This document shows positions 1 to 8,654 of a stretch of DNA of 24,760 nt, piece by piece (position 1 is the first letter of the stretch; each line of letters opens with the position of its first letter). The translations under genes and the position numbers were made by a program. The notes under the pieces were generated by a model. The model did not search any database and had not been told where the DNA came from. It saw nothing but the letters and a program-made list of their open reading frames with translations. Where the stretch lies: positions 1 through 24,760 of the forward strand of contig JBJHDK010000036.1 in NCBI GenBank assembly GCA_050486505.1, given 5' to 3'. Source of the DNA: Fibrobacteria bacterium (GTDB taxonomy: Bacteria; Fibrobacterota; Fibrobacteria; UBA11236).

Positions 1-61
1 CCCCCTGCCCCCTCCCCTCTCCATCGCGCAAGCGATGTTGGAGAGGGGCGCGGGGGTGAGG
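1..61. repeat. REP-like GC-rich palindrome (CCCCTCTCC...GGAGAGGGG...GGGGGTGAGG type)
   Basis: cccctctcca (14-23) pairs with tggagagggg (39-48); inner tcgc-GCAA-gcga hairpin; followed by gggggtgagg. Confidence 0.65.
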
Positions 62-528
62 AGGCGGGGGGTGGGGTGAGGACTTTCTTCATCCTGACCG
101 CCTCCGCCTTTTCTCCCGCCCTCGCCCGCTGGATGGCCGTGCGCCGCGCGCGTCCGGGAGTCAACGTCATTCCTCCCGGATCCATGGCCGGGTTGCGCGC
201 GTGGGAACGCGAACGCGGGGTGCTGGCGGTGATGGTCGATCAGGTTCCGGGAACCCCGGAAGCGTGGCTTTCCCTGTTCGAGGGGCGCGTCGAAGTGCCT
301 TATCCCGTGCGACTGCTGGACTGGATCACCGAACGAGGCGCGGAACTGCTCGCGGTGTCGGTGCGCTGGCAACCCGGAAACCGGATCGTCTTTCGCTATG
401 ATCCGGTGGATCCCGGCGCGGTCAAGTCCGACGTCGCGCGACTCATGGAGTCCGCCCTCGACGCCGCGCCGGAGCAATACAACTGGTCGTATGGGAAGAC
501 AGAAGTAAATACGGTGAGTAAAAACTGA
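1..528 (+). CDS. Lipid A acyltransferase-like (LpxL/LPLAT family) protein, 5'-truncated by the window
   Basis: Frame is open from base 1 to TGA 526-528. Motifs GVLAVMVDQ and C-terminal APEQYNWSY resemble the lipid A lauroyl/myristoyl acyltransferase family. The ORF-track GTG at 76 is probably internal. Confidence 0.6.
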   Translation, partial: PPAPSPLHRASDVGEGRGGEEAGGGVRTFFILTASAFSPALARWMAVRRARPGVNVIPPGSMAGLRAWERERGVLAVMVDQVPGTPEAWLSLFEGRVEVPYPVRLLDWITERGAELLAVSVRWQPGNRIVFRYDPVDPGAVKSDVARLMESALDAAPEQYNWSYGKTEVNTVSKN

Positions 529-703
529 GTTATGAGTTATGAGTTATGAGTTATGAGTTATGAGTTATGAGTTATGAGTTATGAGTGATGGGGGATGCCT
601 GCATGACTGCGATCGGTGATCCAATGACAATGCGCACGGACATTTCACACGAGTATACCACGTGTTTTCAACTCATAACTCGTAACTCGCCACTCATAAC
701 TCA
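526..703. repeat. Heptamer-armed inverted element, copy 1
   Basis: (TGAGTTA)x8 at 526-581 plus TGAGTGA 582-588; 80-bp core 589-668; inverted arm CAACTCA TAACTCG TAACTCG CCACTCA TAACTCA 669-703. Confidence 0.9.
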
Positions 704-706
704 AGT

Positions 707-1657
707 CTACGCCTCCCCCCACGGAAACTCCAGCACCGCCGCGATCTCCGTGGCTCCGAGCGCCAGCATCAACAAGCGGTCGAACCCGACCGCGACGCCC
801 GCGCATGCGGGCAATCCCCCCGCCAAATCCCCGAAGTATTCATCATGCAACGGAATCACCGGCTTGCCCGATGCCGCGCGCTTGCGGTTCTCCGCCTCGA
901 ATCTCGCGCGGTACTCGCGCGCGTCGATCAGTTCCTTGTAGCCGTTGGCGAGCTCCATTCCGCCGGAATACACCTCGAAGCGCTGGGCGAGAAAGGGCTC
1001 TTCCTGGTCGGGTTCGGCCTGCATGGCCAGCTCGACGGGAAAATGGTGGACCACGGTGAACAGCGACGGGTCGAAGCCCGGCTCAACGACCTCGGACATG
1101 AGAAAGTTCAGCGCGTCGGTTTTTTCGGGAACGGCCTCCGGAGCCACCCCGCGCGCCGCGAAGACGGGATGCGCCAGCAACTGCTCGCGGGTCGACTTGC
1201 GGGGATGCAACCCGGTCGCGGCCTCGAAGGTCTCCACGTAGAGCAGGGACGCCGTGTCGCGCGGCCCCGCGACCAGCGCGCAAAGATCCACGGTTTCCTC
1301 CATCATGCGCCGCAGCTTGAAGCCCCGCCTGTACCATTCGATCATGGTGAACTCGGGATTGTGCAGGCGTCCCGCTTCTTCGAGGCGAAAGGCCTTGGCG
1401 ATGGAGTAGATGTCGGGATAGCCGCGCGCCAGCAGGCGCTTGAGGTGCGGCTCGGGCGACGTTTGCAGGTAGCGCGCGGCCCCTGACGCTCCCGCGCCGG
1501 AGACCGGAAAGACATCGATGTGCACGTCGTGCGACGCACCCCGCGAGAGAAGCGGGGCCTCGATTTCGAGCACGCCCCGTTCCGCAAAAAAAGCCCGCAG
1601 GGCTGCGAGCTTTTCGGCACGGAGGCGGGATGCTTCGAGTTTGGAGGATGGGTTCAT
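707..1657 (-). CDS. epmA: EF-P lysine-34 beta-lysyl ligase (LysRS-II-like, no anticodon domain)
   Basis: YLQTSPE, FRLEEAGRLHNPEFTMIEWYR, ELANGYKEL and GVAVGFDRLLML motifs; 316 aa; adjacent to efp and epmB. Confidence 0.95.
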   Translation of the reverse strand: MNPSSKLEASRLRAEKLAALRAFFAERGVLEIEAPLLSRGASHDVHIDVFPVSGAGASGAARYLQTSPEPHLKRLLARGYPDIYSIAKAFRLEEAGRLHNPEFTMIEWYRRGFKLRRMMEETVDLCALVAGPRDTASLLYVETFEAATGLHPRKSTREQLLAHPVFAARGVAPEAVPEKTDALNFLMSEVVEPGFDPSLFTVVHHFPVELAMQAEPDQEEPFLAQRFEVYSGGMELANGYKELIDAREYRARFEAENRKRAASGKPVIPLHDEYFGDLAGGLPACAGVAVGFDRLLMLALGATEIAAVLEFPWGEA

Positions 1658-1708
1658 GGGGGATTCCGGGCGATGTCCCGTCGAACGGGCGGCATTGTGG
1701 GCAATGCC

Positions 1709-1736
1709 GTAGGGGCAAATGATTATTTGCCCCTAC
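1709..1736. repeat. GTAG-type REP palindrome
   Basis: GTAGGGGCAAAT-gatt-ATTTGCCCCTAC, perfect 12-bp arms. Confidence 0.75.
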
Positions 1737-1739
1737 ATC

Positions 1740-1769
1740 AAATAAAAACGGGCGAGCCCGTTTTTATTT
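1740..1769 (-). terminator. Intrinsic (probably bidirectional) terminator overlapping the efp stop
   Basis: aaataaaaacgggc-ga-gcccgtttttattt, 14-bp perfect arms with a GC stem and A/T tails on both sides. Confidence 0.75.
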
Positions 1770-2330
1770 CGCCCGTTCGACGTACTCGCCGGTGCGGGTG
1801 TCGACGCGGACTTTCATGCCCTCGCCGATGAAGAGGGGGATGTCGATCTCGGCACCGGTCTCCACCGTGGCCTTCTTGGTCACGTTGTTGGCGGTGTCGC
1901 CCTTCACGGCCGGCTCGGTGTAGGTGATGAGCAGGTCCATGAAAACCGGAGGTGTCACCGAAATAGGCTTCTCGCCCCAGAAGGAGATTTCGCACTCGGT
2001 GTTTTCGAGCAACCACTTCTCCGCGCCATCCATCGATTCCTTGGGGATCTCCGCTTGCTCATAGCTGGTGGTGTCCATGAAGGTGTAGTTCACACCGTCG
2101 GTATACAAGAATTGCATGGTGGTGTGCGTGACGTCGGCTTCCTCGAAGGTTTCACCCGACTTGAAGGTGCGCTCCACGGCGCGACCGGTCAGCAGGTTCT
2201 TGAGCTTCACGCGGTTAAAGGCCTGGCCCTTGCCCGGCTTCACGAACTCGTTTTCCACAATCATGCACGGCTGGCCATCCAGAAGGATGCGCAGGCGCTT
2301 GCGAAACTCACTGGTGCTGACAACTCCCAT
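1764..2330 (-). CDS. efp: Elongation factor P
   Basis: MGVVSTSEFRK...FVKPGKGQAF (modifiable Lys in PGKG)...VDTRTGEYVER; 188 aa from ATG 2330, preceded by purine-rich GAAAGGCAGGA. Confidence 0.97.
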   Translation of the reverse strand: MGVVSTSEFRKRLRILLDGQPCMIVENEFVKPGKGQAFNRVKLKNLLTGRAVERTFKSGETFEEADVTHTTMQFLYTDGVNYTFMDTTSYEQAEIPKESMDGAEKWLLENTECEISFWGEKPISVTPPVFMDLLITYTEPAVKGDTANNVTKKATVETGAEIDIPLFIGEGMKVRVDTRTGEYVERAK

Positions 2331-2468
2331 TGTATCCTGCCTTTCATGGCTGTTCCGGTATCGGGCCGGTTTTGCGGCGTTATTAGCTTTGCGAGCCCCG
2401 CGACGAGGGCCATCAAAGGCAGAAAACGCCGGTTTTTGCGTGGAAAACCCGACAGGATGTAGAAAAAC

Positions 2469-3500
2469 ATGCACCCCCTTCCAACGCAGTCCACACCCGC
2501 GCAAAGCCCCCCCGCCCCGCCCGCATGGCAACGCGAATGGGGCTCATCCTTCCGTGACACGCGTGATTTGCTCGCCTTTCTGGAACTGGATCCCCACGGC
2601 GCGCCCGAAGCCCTCGACCTGAACCCCGACTTTCCCCTGCGTGTGCCGCGCGCCTATGCGGCGCGCATGCGCAAGGGCGACTGGAACGATCCGCTGTTGC
2701 GGCAGGTGCTCGCGCTTGGATCCGAACGCGCGGAAGCCCCGGGGTTCACCGCCGATGCCGTGGGAGACCATGCCGCACAGGACGGCCCCGGCGTGCTGCG
2801 GAAATATCGCGGCCGCGCCCTCATCGTGCTGACGGGGGAATGCGCCGTGCATTGCCGTTATTGCTTCCGCAGGGAATTCCCCTACGCGGAGCAGGCGCAG
2901 GGCACGAGTGCCTGGGATGCCACCTACGCCCGCCTCGCGGCGGATCCCGAGGTCGAAGAGTTGTTGTTTTCGGGGGGGGACCCCCTGTCACTCTCCGATG
3001 CGAAGCTGCGCCACCACTTCGCCCGGGGACTCGGGATCCCGCACGTGAAGCGGCTGCGCGTGCACACGCGCGTCCCGGTCGTGCTCCCCTCACGCGTCGA
3101 TGACGGGTTTTTGTCCCTGATCCGGGAGACGGCCGCGCAGAAACCCCTCTACATCGTTCTGCACATCAACCACGCGCGTGAGCTTGGCCCGGAACTCAAG
3201 GCCGTCGCGCATGCCTTGCGCGCCGCGGGAGCGCTGTTGCTCAACCAATCGGTGCTGCTGCGGGGCGTGAACGATTCCGTCGAGGCGCTGGCCGACCTTT
3301 CGGAAGGGCTTCTCGATGCGGGCATCCTTCCCTACTACCTGCACCAGCTCGACCGCGTGCGCGGCGCGCACGGCTTCGAGGTCGCGGAGGCCGACGGGTT
3401 GCGACTCATGGAGGGTCTGCGGGCACGCCTTTCGGGTTACGGGATTCCCCGCTACGTGCGGGAAGTCGCGGGCGAGGCGTCGAAGCTCCCGGTGGGGTGA
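2469..3500 (+). CDS. epmB: EF-P beta-lysylation lysine 2,3-aminomutase (KamA family radical SAM)
   Basis: CAVHCRYCFRREFPY (CxxxCxxC), FSGGDPL, LNQSVLLRGVND and PYYLHQLD motifs; divergent from efp. Confidence 0.93.
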   Translation: MHPLPTQSTPAQSPPAPPAWQREWGSSFRDTRDLLAFLELDPHGAPEALDLNPDFPLRVPRAYAARMRKGDWNDPLLRQVLALGSERAEAPGFTADAVGDHAAQDGPGVLRKYRGRALIVLTGECAVHCRYCFRREFPYAEQAQGTSAWDATYARLAADPEVEELLFSGGDPLSLSDAKLRHHFARGLGIPHVKRLRVHTRVPVVLPSRVDDGFLSLIRETAAQKPLYIVLHINHARELGPELKAVAHALRAAGALLLNQSVLLRGVNDSVEALADLSEGLLDAGILPYYLHQLDRVRGAHGFEVAEADGLRLMEGLRARLSGYGIPRYVREVAGEASKLPVG

Positions 3501-3534
3501 TTCGGCGCGTGTGATGATTGTTGTTGCAGGACCG

Positions 3535-5319
3535 TCAACCGTCTACCGTGTCCTTGCCCAACACCTCCTCGAAGCGCTCCCCCACCCTGCGCCTGATATC
3601 GGCCGCCGTGCCGAGCCGCAGGGCCTGGCGTGAACAATCACGGACTTCTTCATAGGAAACGGAACGCACGAGACGCTTCAACTCGGGCAGGGCCGCGGGA
3701 TTCATCGACAGTTCGTCGACCCCCATGCCGATGAACAGCAGCGCCAGGCGCGGGTCGGCCGCCATCTCGCCGCAGACGCCCACCGGGATCCCGTGGGTGC
3801 GCGCCGCTTCGACCACGCCGCGGATCGAACGCAGCACGGCCGGGCTGTGCGGTTCGAAAAGCTCGGACACCTTCTCGTTCCCGCGGTCGACCGCAAGGGT
3901 GAACTGCGCGAGATCATTGGTCCCGATGCTGAAAAAGTCAGCCTCGCGGGCAAGGTCATCCGCCATGAGGGCGGCGGAGGGAACCTCGATCATGCAGCCG
4001 ATCGGCATGCGGGGATCGTGCGCGATGCCGTCCGCCTCGAGCTCCATGCGCGCTTCCTCGGCCAGCCGGCGGGCTTCGCGAAACTCCTGCAGGCTTCCGA
4101 TCATGGGAAAGAGCATGCGCACGTTGCCCGTCGCGCTCGCGCGCCAGATGGCCCGCAACTGGACCTTGAAGAGGTCGGGGTTGTCGAGGCTGACGCGGAT
4201 CGATCGCCACCCCATGTCGGGGTTGCGTCCGTCTTCGTTGATTCGCAGCGCGGGAACGGGCTTGTCGCCGCCCGCGTCGAGGGTGCGGATGGTCACGGAA
4301 TGCGGCGCGAGGCTGTCGGCCATGGATCGGTACGCCATGCACTGCTCTTCTTCGGAAGGCATGTCGTCGCGCCCGAGGAAAAGGAATTCAGAGCGATACA
4401 ATCCCACGCCGTCGGCGCCATGACGAATGACGCTGTCGACTTCGACGGGCAGTTCGACGTTGGCCGCCAGGAAAACGCGCTTGCCATCGCGCGTGACGGC
4501 ATGCAGGTCGCGCAAGCCCGAAAGTTCGCGCGCACGCGCGTAGCGCGCGGCCCGCCTGTTTTCATGCTCCTTGATGTCGCGCAACGTCGGGTTAAGCACC
4601 ACCGTGCCCGTGTCCCCGTCGACGATCACCATGCGCCCCGGCTCGATGGTCAACTCTTTCCAGGGAATCCCGGACACAGCGGGAATCTCGAGCGAACGCG
4701 CCAGAATGGCGACGTGGGATGTTTTCCCTCCCGCCTCGAGGCAGAGTCCGAGGGTGTTCCCCGGGGCAAGCTGCGACAATCCCGACGGCGTGAGGGTCCG
4801 CGCCAGCAGCACGACGGGGTGCCGGATTTCAGGGGTGGGAGAACCTCCGTCGGCCAACGCGAGGATATCGACCACGCGGCCGGCCACGTCGCGCAAGTCG
4901 ATGAGGTGCTCGCGCAGAAAACCTCCGGCTGCCGCATCGAAGCGCTCCGAAAGCAGGTTCATTTGGCGATAGAACGCGTATTCGGCGTTGTACAGGTTCT
5001 CGCGGATCTCGCGCTCCACCGCGGCGATGATCTCCGCATCCTGGAGAATCAGGACATGGCTGTCGAAAATCCGCGCCTCGTACTCGCCGACATTACCTCC
5101 GATGCGGTCACGAATGCTCCGGACTTCCTTGACGGCTCGATCAAGCGCGCGCTGAAGACGCGCGATCTCCTGGTCGGCTTCCTCCGGAGCGATGACACGT
5201 TGGGGGATATCCTGCTTCTGCGGATGCAGAAGGTACGCCGGCCCGATCGCGATGCCTGGGGAGGCGGCCGCGCCGCGCAGCACGCGGCGGCGGGATCCTG
5301 AGTGCGTCTCGGTGGCCAT
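3535..5319 (-). CDS. ptsI: PTS Enzyme I (PEP-protein phosphotransferase)
   Basis: GGKTSHVAILARS phospho-His motif, GVGLYRSEF, SIGTNDLAQF, CGEMAAD. ATG 5319 overlaps the ptsH TGA. No GAF domain, so not PtsP-like. Confidence 0.95.
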   Translation of the reverse strand: MATETHSGSRRRVLRGAAASPGIAIGPAYLLHPQKQDIPQRVIAPEEADQEIARLQRALDRAVKEVRSIRDRIGGNVGEYEARIFDSHVLILQDAEIIAAVEREIRENLYNAEYAFYRQMNLLSERFDAAAGGFLREHLIDLRDVAGRVVDILALADGGSPTPEIRHPVVLLARTLTPSGLSQLAPGNTLGLCLEAGGKTSHVAILARSLEIPAVSGIPWKELTIEPGRMVIVDGDTGTVVLNPTLRDIKEHENRRAARYARARELSGLRDLHAVTRDGKRVFLAANVELPVEVDSVIRHGADGVGLYRSEFLFLGRDDMPSEEEQCMAYRSMADSLAPHSVTIRTLDAGGDKPVPALRINEDGRNPDMGWRSIRVSLDNPDLFKVQLRAIWRASATGNVRMLFPMIGSLQEFREARRLAEEARMELEADGIAHDPRMPIGCMIEVPSAALMADDLAREADFFSIGTNDLAQFTLAVDRGNEKVSELFEPHSPAVLRSIRGVVEAARTHGIPVGVCGEMAADPRLALLFIGMGVDELSMNPAALPELKRLVRSVSYEEVRDCSRQALRLGTAADIRRRVGERFEEVLGKDTVDG

Positions 5320-5585
5320 CAATCCTGGCGGAAGCGCTCCTCGAACAGCTTTTCGAGTGCGGCGAGGGCTTCCTTCTCGTCGGGTCCGTCAGCCTCGGCG
5401 GTGAGTTCGGATCCGAACTCGGCCGCCAGCAACATGATGTTCATGATGCTTTTCGCATTGGCACGGATGTCGCCCTTGACCAGCGAGACCTTGCTCTGAT
5501 AACGCGCGCACAAATCGACGATGGCCGCGGCGGGTCGCGCGTGAATGCCCGCCTCGTTGGTGACCCTAAGTTGCTTGCTGACCAT
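5319..5585 (-). CDS. ptsH: HPr phosphocarrier protein
   Basis: GIHARPA (His15) and NAKSIM (Ser46) motifs; 88 aa. Confidence 0.95.
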   Translation of the reverse strand: MVSKQLRVTNEAGIHARPAAAIVDLCARYQSKVSLVKGDIRANAKSIMNIMLLAAEFGSELTAEADGPDEKEALAALEKLFEERFRQD

Positions 5586-7674
5586 GCAGCGCCCTTTCCT
5601 CAATTTCAAGATCCAGTCCGAATTCCGCCGACTCCCCGTCGGCGAGGATCACGTCGTACGCGGGCGCCAGAACCGTGCCTTGGTAAACCCGCTCGTAGCC
5701 TCCCTCGCTCTGGCTGACGGTTTCAATGGCATCGCGCCACACCGGATTCCCGTCCGGAACCGAAAGCCTGCAGCGAAGCCCCAACCATTCGTCGTTGATC
5801 TCCACCGTTCCCCCCGTTCCCGTTTCCCCGCGCGACGCGAGGATATCACGGTGCAAGGCGCCGTCCGCAGTCCAAGTTAGATAGCGATCGTGCGCATTGC
5901 CCGCCAACAGGCAAAACAATGACTCCACGACGAGACGGAACCGAGTGCCTCCCCCCCGGGCCCGGAAGGACCAACTCACCCGCAGGCGCCCTCCCCCGGC
6001 ATCGACCCGGTAGGTCTTGACCGTTTCCAGCACACCGCCGGCGGGCAGCGCGGACTCGGAGGTGAAACGCACGAGGAAATCCCCGTCCTTGCGCAACGTG
6101 CGGGGAGGGCCGAAGGCGAAATCGAGCACCGGAACAAAGTCCTGTCGCCGGTAGGCGTCGAAAGAAGTCCCGACAGGCAGCGCCCATTCGGAGAAGGTCT
6201 CACGCAACCGCTTGTCGTAGATCAACAGGGCCTCGAGCCCCTCCTCCTTGGCGGCGATCTGGTCTTCCAGCTTGGTGCCTCCTCCGCCGCCGCCGGCGAT
6301 GTTGGCGTGATACGCCTCAGGTCGACGGGTGAGCGTGTCGCACAGGTTGATACCGGTCCGCTTCAACCAGAACTGGTCGATCGCGCCACCCGACGTGAAG
6401 GAAATCAACTGCGCCCGGGTCCTCAGCAACCCCTCGGATCGCCCGTCGAAATTCCAGTCCAAGCGCTCCCATGCGAAAGCCTTGCGCGCCAGCGCCTTGC
6501 CATCAAGGATCGCCTGGGCAGCGATCAGGTTGCGATACAGGGCGAAACGGAGGTGCGGGAGATACAGCCCTCCGAAAACACCGTGCCAATAGCCGCAGTT
6601 GCACTGCCCCTGCCAGACGTGGTCGCGCGCCGCGCGCTTCGAAGCGGGAGACAGGCGCGCCGACTCGACCGCGCGCGAAAGACGCAGCGCCTGTTTGTGC
6701 ATGCGGTTGCTCTCGGGATACTTCACCAGGAAGTTTCGCCAGAAGGTGCCGCGCACGAAACGGTCGGCATCATCCCCGCGGCCGGCATCCCACAGCATCT
6801 GCCTGACGGCCCGGAAGCGGGGAATGTCGGGGGGATTCTGCGCCCACGCCATCATCTCTTGGTACGAGGCCGGAGGCAGGTACACCAGGCCGAGGTTCGC
6901 GCCCTCATCCACGCCTTCCCGCAACGGACGTACGGCGAACACATCGGGCTCCGCCTCGATGGCCGAGAAAAACCGGTCGAGCCAACCGTTCGTGTACACC
7001 GTCTCGAACGTGTCGGGCCAGTCACCGAACTTCTCGCCATCATCGCCGAAGACCACTTGCACGCGCGTCCCCGTATTCATGCTTCGCAGCAATTCCACCA
7101 CGTCTTCCACCGCGCGAAAGGGAATCGTGTCGCGCACCGCATCGTGGATCGGCAACAACTTGATCGACGCGCCCTGATCCTCGGTCTCGAAGAAACCGTC
7201 GAGGTCGACGTCCGTCTTGCCGACCATCTTGAAATGACTCCCGTCCAGAACGACGTATTCGATACCCGACGAGGCGATGGATGAAACCAGGGACGGTTCC
7301 CAAACCCGCTCCGCGAGCCACATTCCACGCGGCACGCTCCCGAAGACTTCGTGGACGCGACGCGACAGGGCCGAGATTTGGCCCCTACGGTCTTCCTCCG
7401 TCAGCATCGGCAGGATCGGTTCGTAGTACGCGCCACCCAGGACCTCGACCTGGCCTGCATCGCTCAGCCGACGCACCTCCGCGAGATACTCGGGATGGTG
7501 CTTTTCGAGCCAGTCGATCAGGATCCCGGAATAGTGGATGCTTAACCGGATGCGGGGGTGCGCCTTCAGAACATCGATGAAGGGCTTGTATGCCCTTGCA
7601 TAGGCCCGCTCGAAGATGAAGTCGAAATTTCCCACCGGCTGGTGGTTGTGCACGGCCCAGAGCAGGTGGATCAT
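5566..7674 (-). CDS. GH57 alpha-amylase / 4-alpha-glucanotransferase
   Basis: HNHQP, YYEPIL, GMWLAERVWEP (nucleophile Glu), GDDGEKFG (acid/base Asp) and YWHGVFGGLYLPHLR motifs; C-terminal SQSEGGYERVYQG; 702 aa; no signal peptide. Confidence 0.9.
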   Translation of the reverse strand: MIHLLWAVHNHQPVGNFDFIFERAYARAYKPFIDVLKAHPRIRLSIHYSGILIDWLEKHHPEYLAEVRRLSDAGQVEVLGGAYYEPILPMLTEEDRRGQISALSRRVHEVFGSVPRGMWLAERVWEPSLVSSIASSGIEYVVLDGSHFKMVGKTDVDLDGFFETEDQGASIKLLPIHDAVRDTIPFRAVEDVVELLRSMNTGTRVQVVFGDDGEKFGDWPDTFETVYTNGWLDRFFSAIEAEPDVFAVRPLREGVDEGANLGLVYLPPASYQEMMAWAQNPPDIPRFRAVRQMLWDAGRGDDADRFVRGTFWRNFLVKYPESNRMHKQALRLSRAVESARLSPASKRAARDHVWQGQCNCGYWHGVFGGLYLPHLRFALYRNLIAAQAILDGKALARKAFAWERLDWNFDGRSEGLLRTRAQLISFTSGGAIDQFWLKRTGINLCDTLTRRPEAYHANIAGGGGGGTKLEDQIAAKEEGLEALLIYDKRLRETFSEWALPVGTSFDAYRRQDFVPVLDFAFGPPRTLRKDGDFLVRFTSESALPAGGVLETVKTYRVDAGGGRLRVSWSFRARGGGTRFRLVVESLFCLLAGNAHDRYLTWTADGALHRDILASRGETGTGGTVEINDEWLGLRCRLSVPDGNPVWRDAIETVSQSEGGYERVYQGTVLAPAYDVILADGESAEFGLDLEIEERALHGQQAT

Positions 7675-7680
7675 GGGGCA

Positions 7681-7708
7681 AAAATTAGGAATCGGGAATG
7701 GGGAACGG
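7681..7708. repeat. Degenerate heptamer array
   Basis: AAAATTA GGAATCG GGAATGG GGAACGG; no 81-bp core follows. Confidence 0.5.
7682..7687 (-). promoter_or_regulatory. Putative -10 box 7 nt upstream of the GH57 ATG
   Basis: TAATTT-ttgcccc-ATG, no Shine-Dalgarno. Confidence 0.45.
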
Positions 7709-7739
7709 AGCAGGCACCCGCGCCCCCCGACTCAAGTCT

Positions 7740-8648
7740 CTACCGGAACCATCTCATCCTGACGTTAAGACCGTTCTCCCGCATGGAGCGGAACAGGGAG
7801 TCAGCGCTGCGCAGGGTTGCCGCGAGCTCCAGGTGCAGGGTGCTATCGGTCAGCAATGCTCCGGCGGTTCCTTCCCCGGCCTCCAGGCGCGCCAGAATGG
7901 CTTCGAGCGTCTCCGCGGCACGTTCTCCCCGTTCCGCCAGCGCGTGCGCGCGCTCAGCGGCACCGGCGCCGTCCTCGAGCATGCGCTCAATGCGCGGCTC
8001 CTGCCGCTGCGCGAAGGCCCGGGCATCGCGTCCCAGTCCGGCAAAGGCATCCACGCCCTCGCGCACCTGGGGATCGACCTCGGCGACCAGCAGCGCGAGG
8101 CGCTCGGACACCTCTTCCGCGGAAGCCATCAAGTCATTGACACGCTCCGCGAAGCCCGGGCGGGCCACCGTGCTGTCCACAAGGGCGCGCAGCGTGCGCA
8201 CAAGGCGGTCGGCCTCCAGCAGGGCCTCTCCCGCCGCGCCCATGGCTTCGGCGATCCCCGCATCAAGGGTTCCCTCGAAGAACTCCCCCGGCCCCGGCGC
8301 TCGCTCCGAATCTCCCCGACGAATCGAAAGCTGGCGTTCTCCCATCAGCCCGATGTTCTGGATACGCACTTCCGAGTCGGCAGGGATAAAGGTTCCGCTG
8401 CGGACCTCGAAGCTGACGATGACATGACGATCCTCGAGGCGGATGCCCGTGACGCGCCCCACGCGCACTCCGTTGACCCGGACAGGTTCCCCGGATTGAA
8501 GGTTGGAGACCTCCGTGAAACGGGCCCGATAGACATCCATGGCCCGCCCCGGCACGGTCTCCTTCAGGAAGTAAACGCCGAAGACCAAGACGGCCAGGGC
8601 AATGATGATGAACGCCCCGACGGCGAAGTTCTGGAAACGGGGAGACAT
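7740..8648 (-). CDS. MlaD/MCE family protein
   Basis: N-terminal TM anchor; LQSGEPVRVNGVRVGRV and IQNIGLMGERQLSI MCE motifs; helical tail with GEGTAGALLTD. Confidence 0.88.
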   Translation of the reverse strand: MSPRFQNFAVGAFIIIALAVLVFGVYFLKETVPGRAMDVYRARFTEVSNLQSGEPVRVNGVRVGRVTGIRLEDRHVIVSFEVRSGTFIPADSEVRIQNIGLMGERQLSIRRGDSERAPGPGEFFEGTLDAGIAEAMGAAGEALLEADRLVRTLRALVDSTVARPGFAERVNDLMASAEEVSERLALLVAEVDPQVREGVDAFAGLGRDARAFAQRQEPRIERMLEDGAGAAERAHALAERGERAAETLEAILARLEAGEGTAGALLTDSTLHLELAATLRSADSLFRSMRENGLNVRMRWFR

Positions 8649-8654
8649 GGGGGG

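Noticed and set aside
526..703. CRISPR array
   Set aside because: Units are 7-bp tandem repeats with no spacers; no 23-47 bp direct repeats and no cas genes.
585..941. ORFs crossing the heptamer elements (585-941, 7698-8780, 16431-16862; [14 protein letters not shown] peptides)
   Set aside because: Translations of the repeats, antisense to well-supported genes.
3535..5319. PtsP (EI-Ntr) assignment because of linkage to rpoN
   Set aside because: 594 aa with no N-terminal GAF domain.
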